From NCBI GenBank assembly GCA_964421015.1, contig CAYQUS010000008.1, positions 1,932-65,931 of the forward strand: DNA of 64,000 nt, written 5' to 3'. Origin of the DNA: an uncultured Planctomycetia bacterium (GTDB lineage: Bacteria > Omnitrophota > Gorgyraeia > Tantalellales > Tantalellaceae). Of the stretch, positions 35,839 to 45,604 are shown piece by piece. How positions within the stretch are numbered: the stretch's first letter is position 1; each line of letters begins with the position of its first letter. The notes below the pieces were generated by a model. It saw only the letters and a program-made list of their open reading frames with translations, was not told the DNA's origin and made no database searches. The translations under genes were made by a program, and so were the position numbers.

Positions 35839-37134
35839 ATGAAGACATTCCTTATCGTGAACCCATGGATATACGATTTCGCGGCTTATGACCTGTGGAT
35901 GAAACCATGGGGGCTTCTCAAGATAATGTCAGTGCTCAAATCCTCCGGGCACGGCGCCGTTCTGGTTGACGCCATGGACAGGCATCACAGGCTCATACCC
36001 GGAGAGGTCAGGGACAAGCCTGACGGCACGGGCAGGTTCATGTCACAGGAAATACCAAAACCCGCGGCGCTTAAAGGTATACCAAGGAAGTACAAGAGAT
36101 ACGGGCTTTCCAGGGAGCTTTTTGAGGCCGCCTTGCCAGGTTGCAGAGTGGATGCCATTCTTGTTTCAAGCGGGATGACCTACTGGTACCCCGGGGTTTT
36201 TGAAGCCATAAAGATACTTAAGAAAAGATACAAGGCGCCGGTGATACTCGGGGGCGCGTACGCTACGCTTTGTCGTGAACATGCGGTCAGGGAAAGCGGA
36301 GCCGATCACGTAGTAAGTAACGGAGATTTCCGCGGGCTTGAGGAGGCTATGGGCGTAGAATGCGGTTTTTCGTTCAGGAGCCTGCTGGAAGCGGATGCCG
36401 ATATTTCTTCTTACACGTTCAATCCTTATGCCGTTCTAAGGGTATCTTTGGGATGTCCTTTCAGCTGCGCTTACTGCGCCCAGAAAAAACTCGGTCCGGG
36501 TTTTATGCTCAAGAGCCTCGATGGGGCAATAAAAGAAGTAAAGGCCTTCTATGACAGGGGCATAAAAAACTTCGCTTTTTATGACGACGCCTTGTTATTC
36601 GACGGGGATCATATAGAGGAGTATTTTTCGGCGGTAGTAGAGGAGGGAATAAAGGGAAAGTTTTACACGCCGAACGGCCTTCACGCCAGATTTTTGAAAG
36701 AGAAGACCGCTTTTCTTATGAAAAAAATGAATTTTGTCAACCCGATACTGAGCCTTGAAACGGCAAACTGTGAAGTGGCGGAAACATGGCACGATAAGGT
36801 CGACAGAGACGAATTTAGGACGGCAGTGAACAATCTGAGAGCAGCCGGGTACAAAAAGGGGCAGTACACCGTGTATCTTATGCTGGGGGCTCCCGGAAGT
36901 TCCACCCGGGATGTAAAGGAAAGCATGGAATTCGCTCACTCTCTGGGGGCGAGAATATCTTTAAGCGAATACTCTCCCATATCCGGGACATTGATGTCGG
37001 AACGTCTCGGGGAAAGGCCCGAGGACCCTCTTATGGAGAATAACAGTATTTTTCCGTTTTACTCGCGGTCTACACGGGATACCGGCGCCGACAAACTTAA
37101 ATCCGAGGCTAAAATCCTTAATGCCTCTCTTTGA
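35839..37134 (+). CDS. B12-binding-domain radical SAM protein (class B radical SAM)
   Basis: An N-terminal Rossmann-like B12-binding-type domain is followed by LRVSLGCPFSCAYCAQ (CxxxCxxC) at ~aa 220 and a half-TIM-barrel remainder. The track start at 35773 overlaps the upstream gene; the ATG at 35839 is preferred. Confidence 0.7.
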   Translation: MKTFLIVNPWIYDFAAYDLWMKPWGLLKIMSVLKSSGHGAVLVDAMDRHHRLIPGEVRDKPDGTGRFMSQEIPKPAALKGIPRKYKRYGLSRELFEAALPGCRVDAILVSSGMTYWYPGVFEAIKILKKRYKAPVILGGAYATLCREHAVRESGADHVVSNGDFRGLEEAMGVECGFSFRSLLEADADISSYTFNPYAVLRVSLGCPFSCAYCAQKKLGPGFMLKSLDGAIKEVKAFYDRGIKNFAFYDDALLFDGDHIEEYFSAVVEEGIKGKFYTPNGLHARFLKEKTAFLMKKMNFVNPILSLETANCEVAETWHDKVDRDEFRTAVNNLRAAGYKKGQYTVYLMLGAPGSSTRDVKESMEFAHSLGARISLSEYSPISGTLMSERLGERPEDPLMENNSIFPFYSRSTRDTGADKLKSEAKILNASL

Positions 37135-37165
37135 GCCGCCGATGATCGTTCCCGGAACTTGAGAA

Positions 37166-38641
37166 ATGCCGTGTAAGGTGTATAATGCCGCTATGAACCT
37201 TCGACCTGGTGATGCTAAAGCCGGCTCTCATAAAAAGGGCGGCATAAGGGAAATGGTAGAGATAGCGGTACCGATGGTAGTGTCGCAGGCCTGCTATACC
37301 ATCATGACATTTACCGACAGGGTTTTTCTTTCCCGCCTGGGCCCGGAATACATGAACGCTTCCATGGTAGGCGGGCTTACCGTGTTCATGATGATGACAT
37401 TTTTCCTGGGCCTGACGGGTTACGCCACGGCCATAGCCGCCCAGTACCTGGGAGCATCACAGAAAGAGAAGTGTTCTGTGACCCTTACCCAGGCAGTTAT
37501 AATATCTTTCCTGGCATACCCGGTTATTTTTTTATCTAAGCCTCTCGCGCGGAGCATGTTCGAATTCATGGGGATAGACCCCGGGCAGCTTGTTCATCAG
37601 GAGGTATATTTCAACATACTGATAGCCGCGTCCATAGTGCCCCTTCTCAGGGGTGCCTTTAGCGCATTTTTTTCGGGGATAGGAAAGACCAGGGCGGTGA
37701 TGGCGTCGGGTCTTACGGCGATGTGCGTCAACGTTATAATGAACTACATCCTGATCTTCGGCAAGTTCGGTTTTCCGGCTATGGGGATAAGGGGCGCGGC
37801 TTACGGTACGGTGATAGGAGGGGCCAGCGGTGTCCTGGTCCTTGTTGTAAACTATTTGCGTCCGGAAAGCGTTAAAACTTTCGGTATAATGAGCTCTTTC
37901 CGTTTTGACAGACAGGTTATGACAACCCTTGTCAGGTACGGGTATCCGGCCGGACTGGAATTTTTTCTCAACCTGCTGGCTTTTGACCTCATGGTGATGA
38001 TATTCCATTCCGCGGGCCCGGTCGCGGCCACGGCTTCGACCATAATCTTCAACTGGGACATGGTTTCTTTTGTTCCCCTTGTAGGCGTACAGGTTGGCGT
38101 GACAAGCCTGGTTGGGAGGTATATGGGAGCCGGGAGGCCCGACACGGCCGAGGCGGCCACAAGATCCGGGTTTATGGTAGGGCTGGTGTACTCTGCAGCT
38201 ATTTTCATCCTGTTCGCCGGGTTTCCCGGTTTTCTGGCCGGTTTTTTCGCTCCCTCGGGAGGGGACGGGATATTCAGAGAGGCTTTTCCTGTCGCTATAG
38301 TCATGCTGCGCCTGGCGTCGATCTACGTTCTTGCCGAAGCGGTTTTTGTTGTTTTCATAGGGGCTTTACGCGGAGCCGGGGATACTTTCTGGGCGATGCT
38401 CATGTCGGTAACTCTTCACTGGATCCTGGTGCCAGTGCTTTACATCATGCTTAAAATTTCAGGAACAGACATTATATCGGCATGGAAGGTCGTTGTGGCG
38501 GCTTTTCTTATTTTTTCATGGTTTGTCTATCTGCGCTACAGGTACGGCAACTGGAGGAAATTACGGATCGTAAAACCGGCGCCGGTCGTGGCTCCTATGC
38601 CGATCGTCACGGACGATTTTCATGAGATATCGGATTTGTGA
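37166..38641 (+). CDS. MATE-family efflux transporter
   Basis: It has 12 TM helices and EIAVPMVVSQACYTIMTFTDRVFLSRLG, the typical NorM/MATE N-terminus. The true start may be the ATG at 37250, which has a GGGA RBS. Confidence 0.8.
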   Translation: MPCKVYNAAMNLRPGDAKAGSHKKGGIREMVEIAVPMVVSQACYTIMTFTDRVFLSRLGPEYMNASMVGGLTVFMMMTFFLGLTGYATAIAAQYLGASQKEKCSVTLTQAVIISFLAYPVIFLSKPLARSMFEFMGIDPGQLVHQEVYFNILIAASIVPLLRGAFSAFFSGIGKTRAVMASGLTAMCVNVIMNYILIFGKFGFPAMGIRGAAYGTVIGGASGVLVLVVNYLRPESVKTFGIMSSFRFDRQVMTTLVRYGYPAGLEFFLNLLAFDLMVMIFHSAGPVAATASTIIFNWDMVSFVPLVGVQVGVTSLVGRYMGAGRPDTAEAATRSGFMVGLVYSAAIFILFAGFPGFLAGFFAPSGGDGIFREAFPVAIVMLRLASIYVLAEAVFVVFIGALRGAGDTFWAMLMSVTLHWILVPVLYIMLKISGTDIISAWKVVVAAFLIFSWFVYLRYRYGNWRKLRIVKPAPVVAPMPIVTDDFHEISDL

Positions 38642-38774
38642 GGCGGTACGGGTATCGCGGGATAGAGTGGGTAAGTAGTAAGAAGGAAGGAGTAAGGAGG
38701 AATAAGAAGGTTTAGGTTGAGGTTGAGGCGGTGGGCATGTTCTTTGTGCCTGTCACCGATGATGGTGAGACGGC

Positions 38775-38909
38775 GGGACAAATGTGTTCGAGCACTGGAA
38801 GAATTCGACGCCTGAAAAGGATAAAAATAAGGACACATCCCTGAAGAGCCTCCTCCTGAAGTATTAAACTGACAGGAGAATTATGAAGCGCGCAGAACAC
38901 ATTTGTCCC
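38775..38909. repeat. 15-bp perfect inverted repeat (GGGACAAATGTGTTC ... GAACACATTTGTCCC) separated by 105 bp, within a 415-bp non-coding region
   Basis: Arms at 38775-38789 and 38895-38909. A purine-rich tract AAGAAGGAAGGAGTAAGGAGGAATAAGAAGG lies at ~38672-38702. AGGTTGAGGT-like direct repeats lie at ~38716 and ~38950. Confidence 0.4.
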
Positions 38910-39056
38910 ACGGTATTGGGGCGATGAAATAGCGATGAGGGTACAGCAGGTTGAGGTCCAGGTCTAGGTTCATGGAACAGGCGCCGGTGGTACCTTCACC
39001 AATGGGTTTTGTGGTATCGAGCGGCAAGACAGCGTGTTTAAATCAAGGAGGATGTT

Positions 39057-39692
39057 ATGAAGAAGAGAGTAAGTTCCGTTATATGCGCGGGTTTTGTTTT
39101 TTTCGCGGCAGTTGCCCTGCCGGCTGTTTCACCGAAAGCATGGGCAGAAGAGGAGAGCGGATCACGGGACCTTGCCGGCAAAAAAGTGGCGGTGCTTTTA
39201 GGGGAGGGTTTCCAGGACGAGGAAGCTTTTCTTCCCATAGGTTTTCTCTCTAACCGCGGAGCCGAGGTCACGGTGATAGGAGTCAGCGAAGGATATGTTA
39301 AGGCCTATAACAGCGATATTTACGCCCGCGTGGAAAAGTCTGTGGATGATGTCAAGTCCCAGGATTATGACGCCATAGTTATTCCCGGCGGGAAATCCCC
39401 GGCGTATTTAAGGCAATACGCTTCCATAACGGATTTTGTAAAAAGCGGGGCCGGTGAGGGAAAAGTCATAGCCGCCATATGTCACGGACCGGAGCTTCTT
39501 ATAGAAGCCGATCTTGTAGAAGGGAAGAGCGTGGCCGCGTACCCGGACCTGGCGGACGAACTTTATTCCGCGGGCGCCGAGTATGCCGATGTTCCCATGA
39601 TGCGGGAAGGAAAGGTCATAACATCCCGCAATCCGGACGATCTTCCGCATTTCGTTAACGCAATAGAAAAGGCTCTTCTGGAAAAAGAATAG
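39057..39692 (+). CDS. DJ-1/PfpI-family protein with N-terminal signal peptide (secreted/periplasmic)
   Basis: GGAGG RBS. Signal peptide MKKRVSSVICAGFVFFAAVALPAVSPKAWA. The DJ-1/PfpI core includes the nucleophile elbow AAICHGP and VIPGG. Confidence 0.8.
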   Translation: MKKRVSSVICAGFVFFAAVALPAVSPKAWAEEESGSRDLAGKKVAVLLGEGFQDEEAFLPIGFLSNRGAEVTVIGVSEGYVKAYNSDIYARVEKSVDDVKSQDYDAIVIPGGKSPAYLRQYASITDFVKSGAGEGKVIAAICHGPELLIEADLVEGKSVAAYPDLADELYSAGAEYADVPMMREGKVITSRNPDDLPHFVNAIEKALLEKE

Positions 39693-39792
39693 GGTTCTCA
39701 TTTTGGCCGGTCCTGCAGGCTTGAGCATCCGTTATGCTTCTGATATCCGGAAAGTGTTGTCGAAAAGATGAAGCGAGGGAGGTCGATATTTT

Positions 39793-40374
39793 ATGATCAA
39801 GAACATACTGATGACATTTATTCCGTTATTTGTCGCGGTGGACGCTATAGGAGTTCTGCCCATATTCGTTTCTCTTACAGAGAACGCGACTAAGAGGGAA
39901 AGGGCGAACATTATTCTCAGGTCTATCGCTACGGCGGTTTGTATCGCTTTGGGTTTTATCTTCCTGGGAAAGGCCGTATTCCGTGTGTTGAATATAACCG
40001 TTGCCGATTTCATGGTGGCGGGAGGAGTTCTTCTTTTCTGTATAGCGATAATGGATATACTTAATCCCGTTAAAAAAAGACGCATACCCGACAGCGAGCT
40101 TGGTTTTGTTCCCCTGGGGACGCCTCTTATAGCCGGGCCGGCGGTGCTTACGACATCTCTATTGATGCTGGACGCGTACGGCCTTGCCGCGACTATTGTT
40201 TCCGTAGTGGCCAATGTGTTTCTGGCGGGTATAGTCTTTTTCTCGTCATCAGCAGTGATAAAACTTCTTGGCGTGGCCGGGACGAGAGCTTTTTCAAAAA
40301 TAACAAGCCTGCTTCTGGCGGCCATAGCTGTCATGATGATAAGAAAGGGAATAGTTTTAATGATGGGTTTTTAG
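39793..40374 (+). CDS. MarC-family (UPF0056) integral membrane protein
   Basis: FIPLFVAVDAIGVLPIFVSLTEN is the canonical MarC N-terminus. It has 6 TM helices. Confidence 0.8.
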   Translation: MIKNILMTFIPLFVAVDAIGVLPIFVSLTENATKRERANIILRSIATAVCIALGFIFLGKAVFRVLNITVADFMVAGGVLLFCIAIMDILNPVKKRRIPDSELGFVPLGTPLIAGPAVLTTSLLMLDAYGLAATIVSVVANVFLAGIVFFSSSAVIKLLGVAGTRAFSKITSLLLAAIAVMMIRKGIVLMMGF

Positions 40375-40463
40375 GCGGTAACAACACATTTTACAGGGTT
40401 AGGAAAGCAAAAGATAGTTAGATTTTAGTTGTTCTAACAGTATATTGTGTTAGAATTCTGTCT

Positions 40464-43400
40464 ATGTGTTGTCCAGGCAGGCATACAACTATTAAAAGAA
40501 CGGTTTCGTTGGCTGTGGTCTTCTTGTTACTGGTCAACGATATTTCCTACGGCGCAGGCCGTATTTTCCCCTTACCGAACAGGTCTAATCTGTCCGCTCC
40601 TTTATCCACCGAACCCGTATGTGAAGTGGAGAGACTTCCGGGAGGACGTTACGGGGTAACCTTAAAGGACACTTCCAGGCTAAGGAATAAATGGGGTTTT
40701 CTCGAAGGTGTTTATCTCGCGGGCGACATCCTGCGTCTTTGCGGGGAATATGATTTTGAGCGTCCGGAAGAACTTCTCAGCAGGCTGTTTAGAAGCCGCC
40801 CCGGGACGGCCGAAGCCTTAAGCGAAATAACCGGTATAAAAGACTCCGGGAAGTTTAAGGCGTTCAGGATGTGTTTTGAAACCCCCGGCGGCGAGTCTTA
40901 TTTCATCAAGGTTTCTTTGGCAGCGCCGGGTCTTTCGGGGAAAGATAATATTTTTGTTCTTCGCGACGGGACAAAAATAAGCGTGGAAATAGAGAATGGT
41001 CCCGCGGAATATCCCGGAGAGGTCAAATTTGAGGGGACAGGAGAACCCGACACGAGTGAAAGTTTCCCGGATGGGGCTGTAGCGGAAGATGAACCCGACG
41101 ACATAGCAAAGCTTAAGATAACTCCTAAAATAATCCTGTCTCATGTTTTTCTGGCTCTGGTATTCTACGTTGTTGTACAAGAGGTCACCGGGCTTAACTC
41201 CCTATTGTTATGGCCTCTGACCGCATATATTTTCGGCACTACTTTGGCGCTCGATACCTGTATACAGGGGTTTCGTGTTTTCGGTTCTCCTCTGGGAAAG
41301 ATAATAAAGAGAAGGTTTTCCGGACTCTCCGTCGGGGAAGAAAGAACAAGAATGGCGGAAGAGAGGAAAGAGCGTCTTAAGGAATATTTCGAAAGTTTAA
41401 AAAAGAGAGACCCGCTGTACGGCAGATACCCCATCTTTTTCGCCGGCAGGGATATTTTCCCCGACAAGCTCGACGGAAAACTTTTTTTCGGTAAAAAGAA
41501 ACATCTGGCCATAAATGAAGATTTTCTCGAAGGGCCTTTTCTTGAGGCCAGGTTCAGGGCGCTTTATCGGCACGCCAGCCACGAGATGTATCTCAATGAG
41601 CGCGATTATAAAAGGTTTTCAGCCGAGCTTCTTGCCAGGGTGTTCGAGTACTCAAGTGGGAACCTTTTAATAGGGGCTCTTGTATTCATTCCCTCTCTTG
41701 TGGCGGCAAGAGTGAACACTCTTTACGGGAAACTTGCTCCCGGGTTTATGTCTTACGCCGCCCATGCGGGAAAGTCTTATGCAGTCCTAGGAAGCATATT
41801 TGTAGGTGTGGAGATATTTACGGCTTTTCTCAAGGCGACGTTACTTCCGCTTTCCGGGGCCTGGATAGCGCAGGGGATGCCTGTTCTGGGAACAGCGGGG
41901 CTTTTTGCCTGTACTTTTGCCGGGGGGGTACTTAGAGAGGTTGCGGCCATAGTTTTTTATGCCGCCCAACCGGGTCTTCCTCTGGGGAAGGTTCTCTTTA
42001 CGGCCTGGATACCTTACGTGGGATTTTATTTCTCTCTTCCCATGCAGGTTCTGGACGCGGGTATAGGCGATATGCGGCGAATGAACAAGATAGCTAACAA
42101 GGTTATAGACAGCGCCAACCGCAGCCAGCTTGAGCATGCCAAGAAGGTCATAGTCAGAAAACAAGCTTTTCCTATCGCGCGGGAAATCTTCAGTTACGAA
42201 GAGAAGAACAACATACGCTTTAGGATAAGGAAGGATTCTCATTCCCCGGAAAAGATAGAAAATTCGCTTATAATGGGGGAGCGGCCTGTGCTTCTTGTCG
42301 GGGAGGCCGACACTGTCGAAAAAACACTTTCGGGACTTAAAGTGGCTCCCTTTCTTCTGGGGCAGACTTTCGTGCTTGTCGTTAAGGAAGATAAGACATA
42401 CGGCGTGGAAAGAGCTTCCGAATGGATAGCCCGGAGAAATGGCGACGTTCTGACACGCGACCAGACAACTTCAGAAAATTTTCCATCCACGGCTCCAGAC
42501 GGGACGGTCAGGCTGAGTTTCACGGTCAACATGGGCAGGATGACCGGAAGGCAGCTTGACCTTGTCCTAAGTCAGGCCGGAGTAAGCAAGGCTTCCGTGG
42601 TCAAACAGGTCATTTTCGTGCGTGACAGGGCCCATGAAAAACAGGTCAGGAAGAGGCTTAAAGCTTATTACGGGGACCTTCCGGCTACCAGTTTTGTGTA
42701 CCAGTCTCCCCTGGGAGGAGATGTCTCTGTGGAGATAGCGGCTGAGTCTTCCGGACAGGCCAGGGTAACAAGGATAAGCGACAAGATCACGGTGGTCGAA
42801 AAGAACGGGGTTAAAGAAGCTCATGTCTCTGGAATAAGGCCCGCGTGGTGGGACAGGGATCCGTACAGGCAGGTTCAGAAGGCTTTTAAAGAGGCGGAAT
42901 CCCTGTTATCAGCAGCCGGTTTTGATTTCGCCGATGACGTAAAAAGAATATGGCTCTACCAGAAAAATATTACCGGGTCCTATCTTTTCTTTTCGGAAAG
43001 ATACCAGCGTCTTAACGACGGACGGGACGTGTTCTTTACGGAGCAAAAGATGAAAGGAAGAGGTTGGTACCCCGCGTCGACAGGTATAGGCATGTCAAAT
43101 GGGTCTATGTTGCTGGAATGCCTTGCTGTTAAGGGGGATAAGGAGGATTTGACTTTTAAACCTCTGGAGAACCCAGAATCAACGAACGCCCATGAGTATG
43201 ATAAGGAAAAGGTTCTTAAAAAAGGCGTTCATAAAACATCTAAGCCCCCGCTCTTTTCCCGGGGGATATCGGTCATCAAAGGAAAACACTCAAGGATATA
43301 CATTTCCGGAACAGCTTCCGTAAAGGGGCCCCATGTTGTTCATCCCGGGGATGTCGAAAAGCAGACAAGCACAACGATAGAAAATATAGGCATAGTCCTT

Positions 43401-44975
43401 TCCCGCGGCGAAGCGGAACTAAAAGATATCACCCAGCTCAGGGTATACATTAAGAACCCTGAGGATTTTCAGAAAGTTAAGGCCATAGTAGAGGCCGAAT
43501 TTCCTCACGCCCCTCCGACCGTCTATCTGCACGCGGATGTTTGCAGGGACGGCTGGCTGGTCGAGATAGAGGCTGTAGCTGACAGGATATTTTCTTCGGC
43601 AGAATCCATGCCGTCAGGCGAGGACAGCGGAAGCTCGGGCCGTGAAGATAGAGAAGGAGAGCCCAGGGCTTTACCGTCCGATAAAAGGCCCGCTTCTTCA
43701 ATAACGGAGGCGGAACTGGAGAAAATAATTTCAAATGGAGTGTTCGACATGACGGTGGATGGATATGTCGACAATCTGAGAGGGTACGAAAAAAATGTCG
43801 CTGATCGGCGGGTCCTTGACGTAGGCACGGGGCTGGGACAAATGGCTTTGTGGGCGGAAAAAGCCGGAGCTATCGAGATAACGGGTCTTGATATAAATCC
43901 GGAGGCGGTAAACGCAGCCAGGCGTCTTTCCGTGGAAAGAAAGACCAGGGTCAAATTTGAAAATAAAGACGTGTTCTCGGTTTCCCTGAAAGAAAAAAAC
44001 ATGGAAGTAATAACCGCTGCTTTTTTCTGGGAATTCGTTCCCGAAGAAAGAAAAGAGGAGCTTCTGAAAGAATTTTTCGACGCTCTGCCGCCCGGCGGGT
44101 CTGTGTTTTTCGTGGTAAGTAACGACGGAGTTTACGGCAGGGGGAAGGACTCTATGCCCGCGCTTCTCTCCAGGCCCCAGGGCGCTATTCCCGGTGAGCC
44201 ATGGTCTCATCACAATTGGAAAAGAGGACTTAAAGAGGCCGGATTCGAGGAGATAGAGACCAGATACATATGGGAAGAACCTGTGGGCGAGGCCGATCAA
44301 AAAAGTGTTATGAGCGTTGTCACCGCTCGCAAAAAAGGTGATCTTGAGAAAGAGAAATACAGAAAGGAGATAATCCACGCGCAGAACTTCAGGACCGCAG
44401 CCGGGTATATGCAGGGAAAGTCGCTTGATACGGCGGTCTGCCGAGGACAGGCTCCGGGACGGCGCATAATAGCCGTGGGCAGAAGCTGGCTTAAATCGTA
44501 TTTCCCGGGGAGCTATCAGCACAGCGCTTTTAATCCTCTTGTAAGCGCTATAAAGAACTACTGCGAGGGGATAGGGGTGCCCTTTATTATAGCGGATGAT
44601 GAAGATCTTCCCTGGCTTATCTCGAGAGAGAGGGAAAAGCGCAATATGCCAGAAGATACAAAGGTGATAATGCTTGCCGGAGCCAGGGCGGACGGAGAGA
44701 TTCCCGACATTTTAGAAGAACTTTCGCGTAACAAGCTTTACACGGTAGTAGGAGTGGACAGCTCAAAAATGCATCCGGGAGGGTATATCCGCATAATGGA
44801 AATACTGACAATAGCCTTGTGGCTTTCCATGGGGGTCCATCCCGATCCGGAAAATGAGAACATGGAGATATTGCCACCCGATTCGTTAAGACCCATATAC
44901 GTTATAGTTCCGCATTCCGCTCCCATGGACTACGGGATACTCAAGTTCATATATTCCATACAGAGATACGCTTGA
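40464..44975 (+). CDS. 1503-aa membrane protein: signal peptide + periplasmic domain + multi-TM region + tandem RidA/YjgF-like domains + class I SAM-dependent methyltransferase + unknown C-terminal domain
   Basis: One uninterrupted ORF. The RidA-like segment reads ISGTASVKGPHVVHPGDVEKQTSTTIENIGIVLSRGEAELKDITQLRVYIKN...PPTVYLHADVCRDGWLVEIEAVA; an earlier segment (VIFVRDRAHE...SFVYQSPLGGDVSVEIAAE) is similar. Methyltransferase motif I is VLDVGTGLGQMALWAEKAGAIEITGLDIN, with a post-I acidic residue and motif II/III-like FFDALPPGGSVFFVV. Confidence 0.65.
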   Translation: MCCPGRHTTIKRTVSLAVVFLLLVNDISYGAGRIFPLPNRSNLSAPLSTEPVCEVERLPGGRYGVTLKDTSRLRNKWGFLEGVYLAGDILRLCGEYDFERPEELLSRLFRSRPGTAEALSEITGIKDSGKFKAFRMCFETPGGESYFIKVSLAAPGLSGKDNIFVLRDGTKISVEIENGPAEYPGEVKFEGTGEPDTSESFPDGAVAEDEPDDIAKLKITPKIILSHVFLALVFYVVVQEVTGLNSLLLWPLTAYIFGTTLALDTCIQGFRVFGSPLGKIIKRRFSGLSVGEERTRMAEERKERLKEYFESLKKRDPLYGRYPIFFAGRDIFPDKLDGKLFFGKKKHLAINEDFLEGPFLEARFRALYRHASHEMYLNERDYKRFSAELLARVFEYSSGNLLIGALVFIPSLVAARVNTLYGKLAPGFMSYAAHAGKSYAVLGSIFVGVEIFTAFLKATLLPLSGAWIAQGMPVLGTAGLFACTFAGGVLREVAAIVFYAAQPGLPLGKVLFTAWIPYVGFYFSLPMQVLDAGIGDMRRMNKIANKVIDSANRSQLEHAKKVIVRKQAFPIAREIFSYEEKNNIRFRIRKDSHSPEKIENSLIMGERPVLLVGEADTVEKTLSGLKVAPFLLGQTFVLVVKEDKTYGVERASEWIARRNGDVLTRDQTTSENFPSTAPDGTVRLSFTVNMGRMTGRQLDLVLSQAGVSKASVVKQVIFVRDRAHEKQVRKRLKAYYGDLPATSFVYQSPLGGDVSVEIAAESSGQARVTRISDKITVVEKNGVKEAHVSGIRPAWWDRDPYRQVQKAFKEAESLLSAAGFDFADDVKRIWLYQKNITGSYLFFSERYQRLNDGRDVFFTEQKMKGRGWYPASTGIGMSNGSMLLECLAVKGDKEDLTFKPLENPESTNAHEYDKEKVLKKGVHKTSKPPLFSRGISVIKGKHSRIYISGTASVKGPHVVHPGDVEKQTSTTIENIGIVLSRGEAELKDITQLRVYIKNPEDFQKVKAIVEAEFPHAPPTVYLHADVCRDGWLVEIEAVADRIFSSAESMPSGEDSGSSGREDREGEPRALPSDKRPASSITEAELEKIISNGVFDMTVDGYVDNLRGYEKNVADRRVLDVGTGLGQMALWAEKAGAIEITGLDINPEAVNAARRLSVERKTRVKFENKDVFSVSLKEKNMEVITAAFFWEFVPEERKEELLKEFFDALPPGGSVFFVVSNDGVYGRGKDSMPALLSRPQGAIPGEPWSHHNWKRGLKEAGFEEIETRYIWEEPVGEADQKSVMSVVTARKKGDLEKEKYRKEIIHAQNFRTAAGYMQGKSLDTAVCRGQAPGRRIIAVGRSWLKSYFPGSYQHSAFNPLVSAIKNYCEGIGVPFIIADDEDLPWLISREREKRNMPEDTKVIMLAGARADGEIPDILEELSRNKLYTVVGVDSSKMHPGGYIRIMEILTIALWLSMGVHPDPENENMEILPPDSLRPIYVIVPHSAPMDYGILKFIYSIQRYA

Positions 44976-45237
44976 TACATGGCGCGCAAGATATGACCTT
45001 CGCGGACAAAAATCCAACTATCCTTATTTATCCCCGGATAAACGCCGGATAAAAGACTTTTTGTCTATAGCTTCCCCATGTGATAGTATTATATCCGGTG
45101 TCTCTGGGGCGGACATGAATATTGTTGCCCGCATCCGGGATGAATTCTAACTGTCACGCAAAAATCCGTTCTTTGCCGACGGCAGCGCACGGTCCTTGTC
45201 GGATGAGAAAAGACGGAACAATTTCAGGGAGGGAACG

Positions 45238-45516
45238 ATGACCAAGGCTAAGGCAAGACATATTCTTTTTTCTTCAAAAGAAAAATGCGAAGAGGTAAAA
45301 AAACAGATAGAGTCGGGTAAATCCTTCGCCGAAATGGCCAAACTCCACTCTTCGTGTCCTTCCGGAAGGTCGGGGGGAGACCTGGGGGAATTTTCTCCCG
45401 GGGAAATGGTGCCGGAATTCGACAAAGTGGTTTTTTCGGCAGAGGTAGGCAAGGTCCACGGGCCGGTTAAAACGGGGTTCGGGTACCATCTCATAGAGAT
45501 ACTGAGCCGCGGTTGA
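45238..45516 (+). CDS. parvulin-type peptidyl-prolyl cis-trans isomerase (PpiC/Par10-like)
   Basis: ARHILF...SGGDLGEFSPGEMVPEFD...GYHLIEI. GGAGGG RBS before the ATG at 45238. Confidence 0.85.
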   Translation: MTKAKARHILFSSKEKCEEVKKQIESGKSFAEMAKLHSSCPSGRSGGDLGEFSPGEMVPEFDKVVFSAEVGKVHGPVKTGFGYHLIEILSRG

Positions 45517-45604
45517 TGCTCCGGTCCTCGGGATCCTGGGATGCGTGAAAGTTTTTTAAAAAACATATTCGCGCGTGTGTTGTCGGCAATGAAAAGGGGG
45601 TTGA

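Noticed and set aside
38951-39253. 100-aa + ORF spanning end of non-coding region into DJ-1 gene
   Set aside because: It overlaps the DJ-1/PfpI CDS out of frame. The DJ-1 frame has an RBS, a signal peptide and a conserved core.
43731-44522. 263-aa minus-strand ORF
   Set aside because: It is antisense within the methyltransferase region of the 1503 aa gene. The sense frame carries the conserved VLDVGTGLG motif.
44976-45237. 260-bp intergenic region with CCGGATAAA direct repeat; checked for tRNA/ncRNA
   Set aside because: It has no T-loop/D-loop consensus and no extended inverted repeat. It is most likely the promoter/leader for the parvulin gene.
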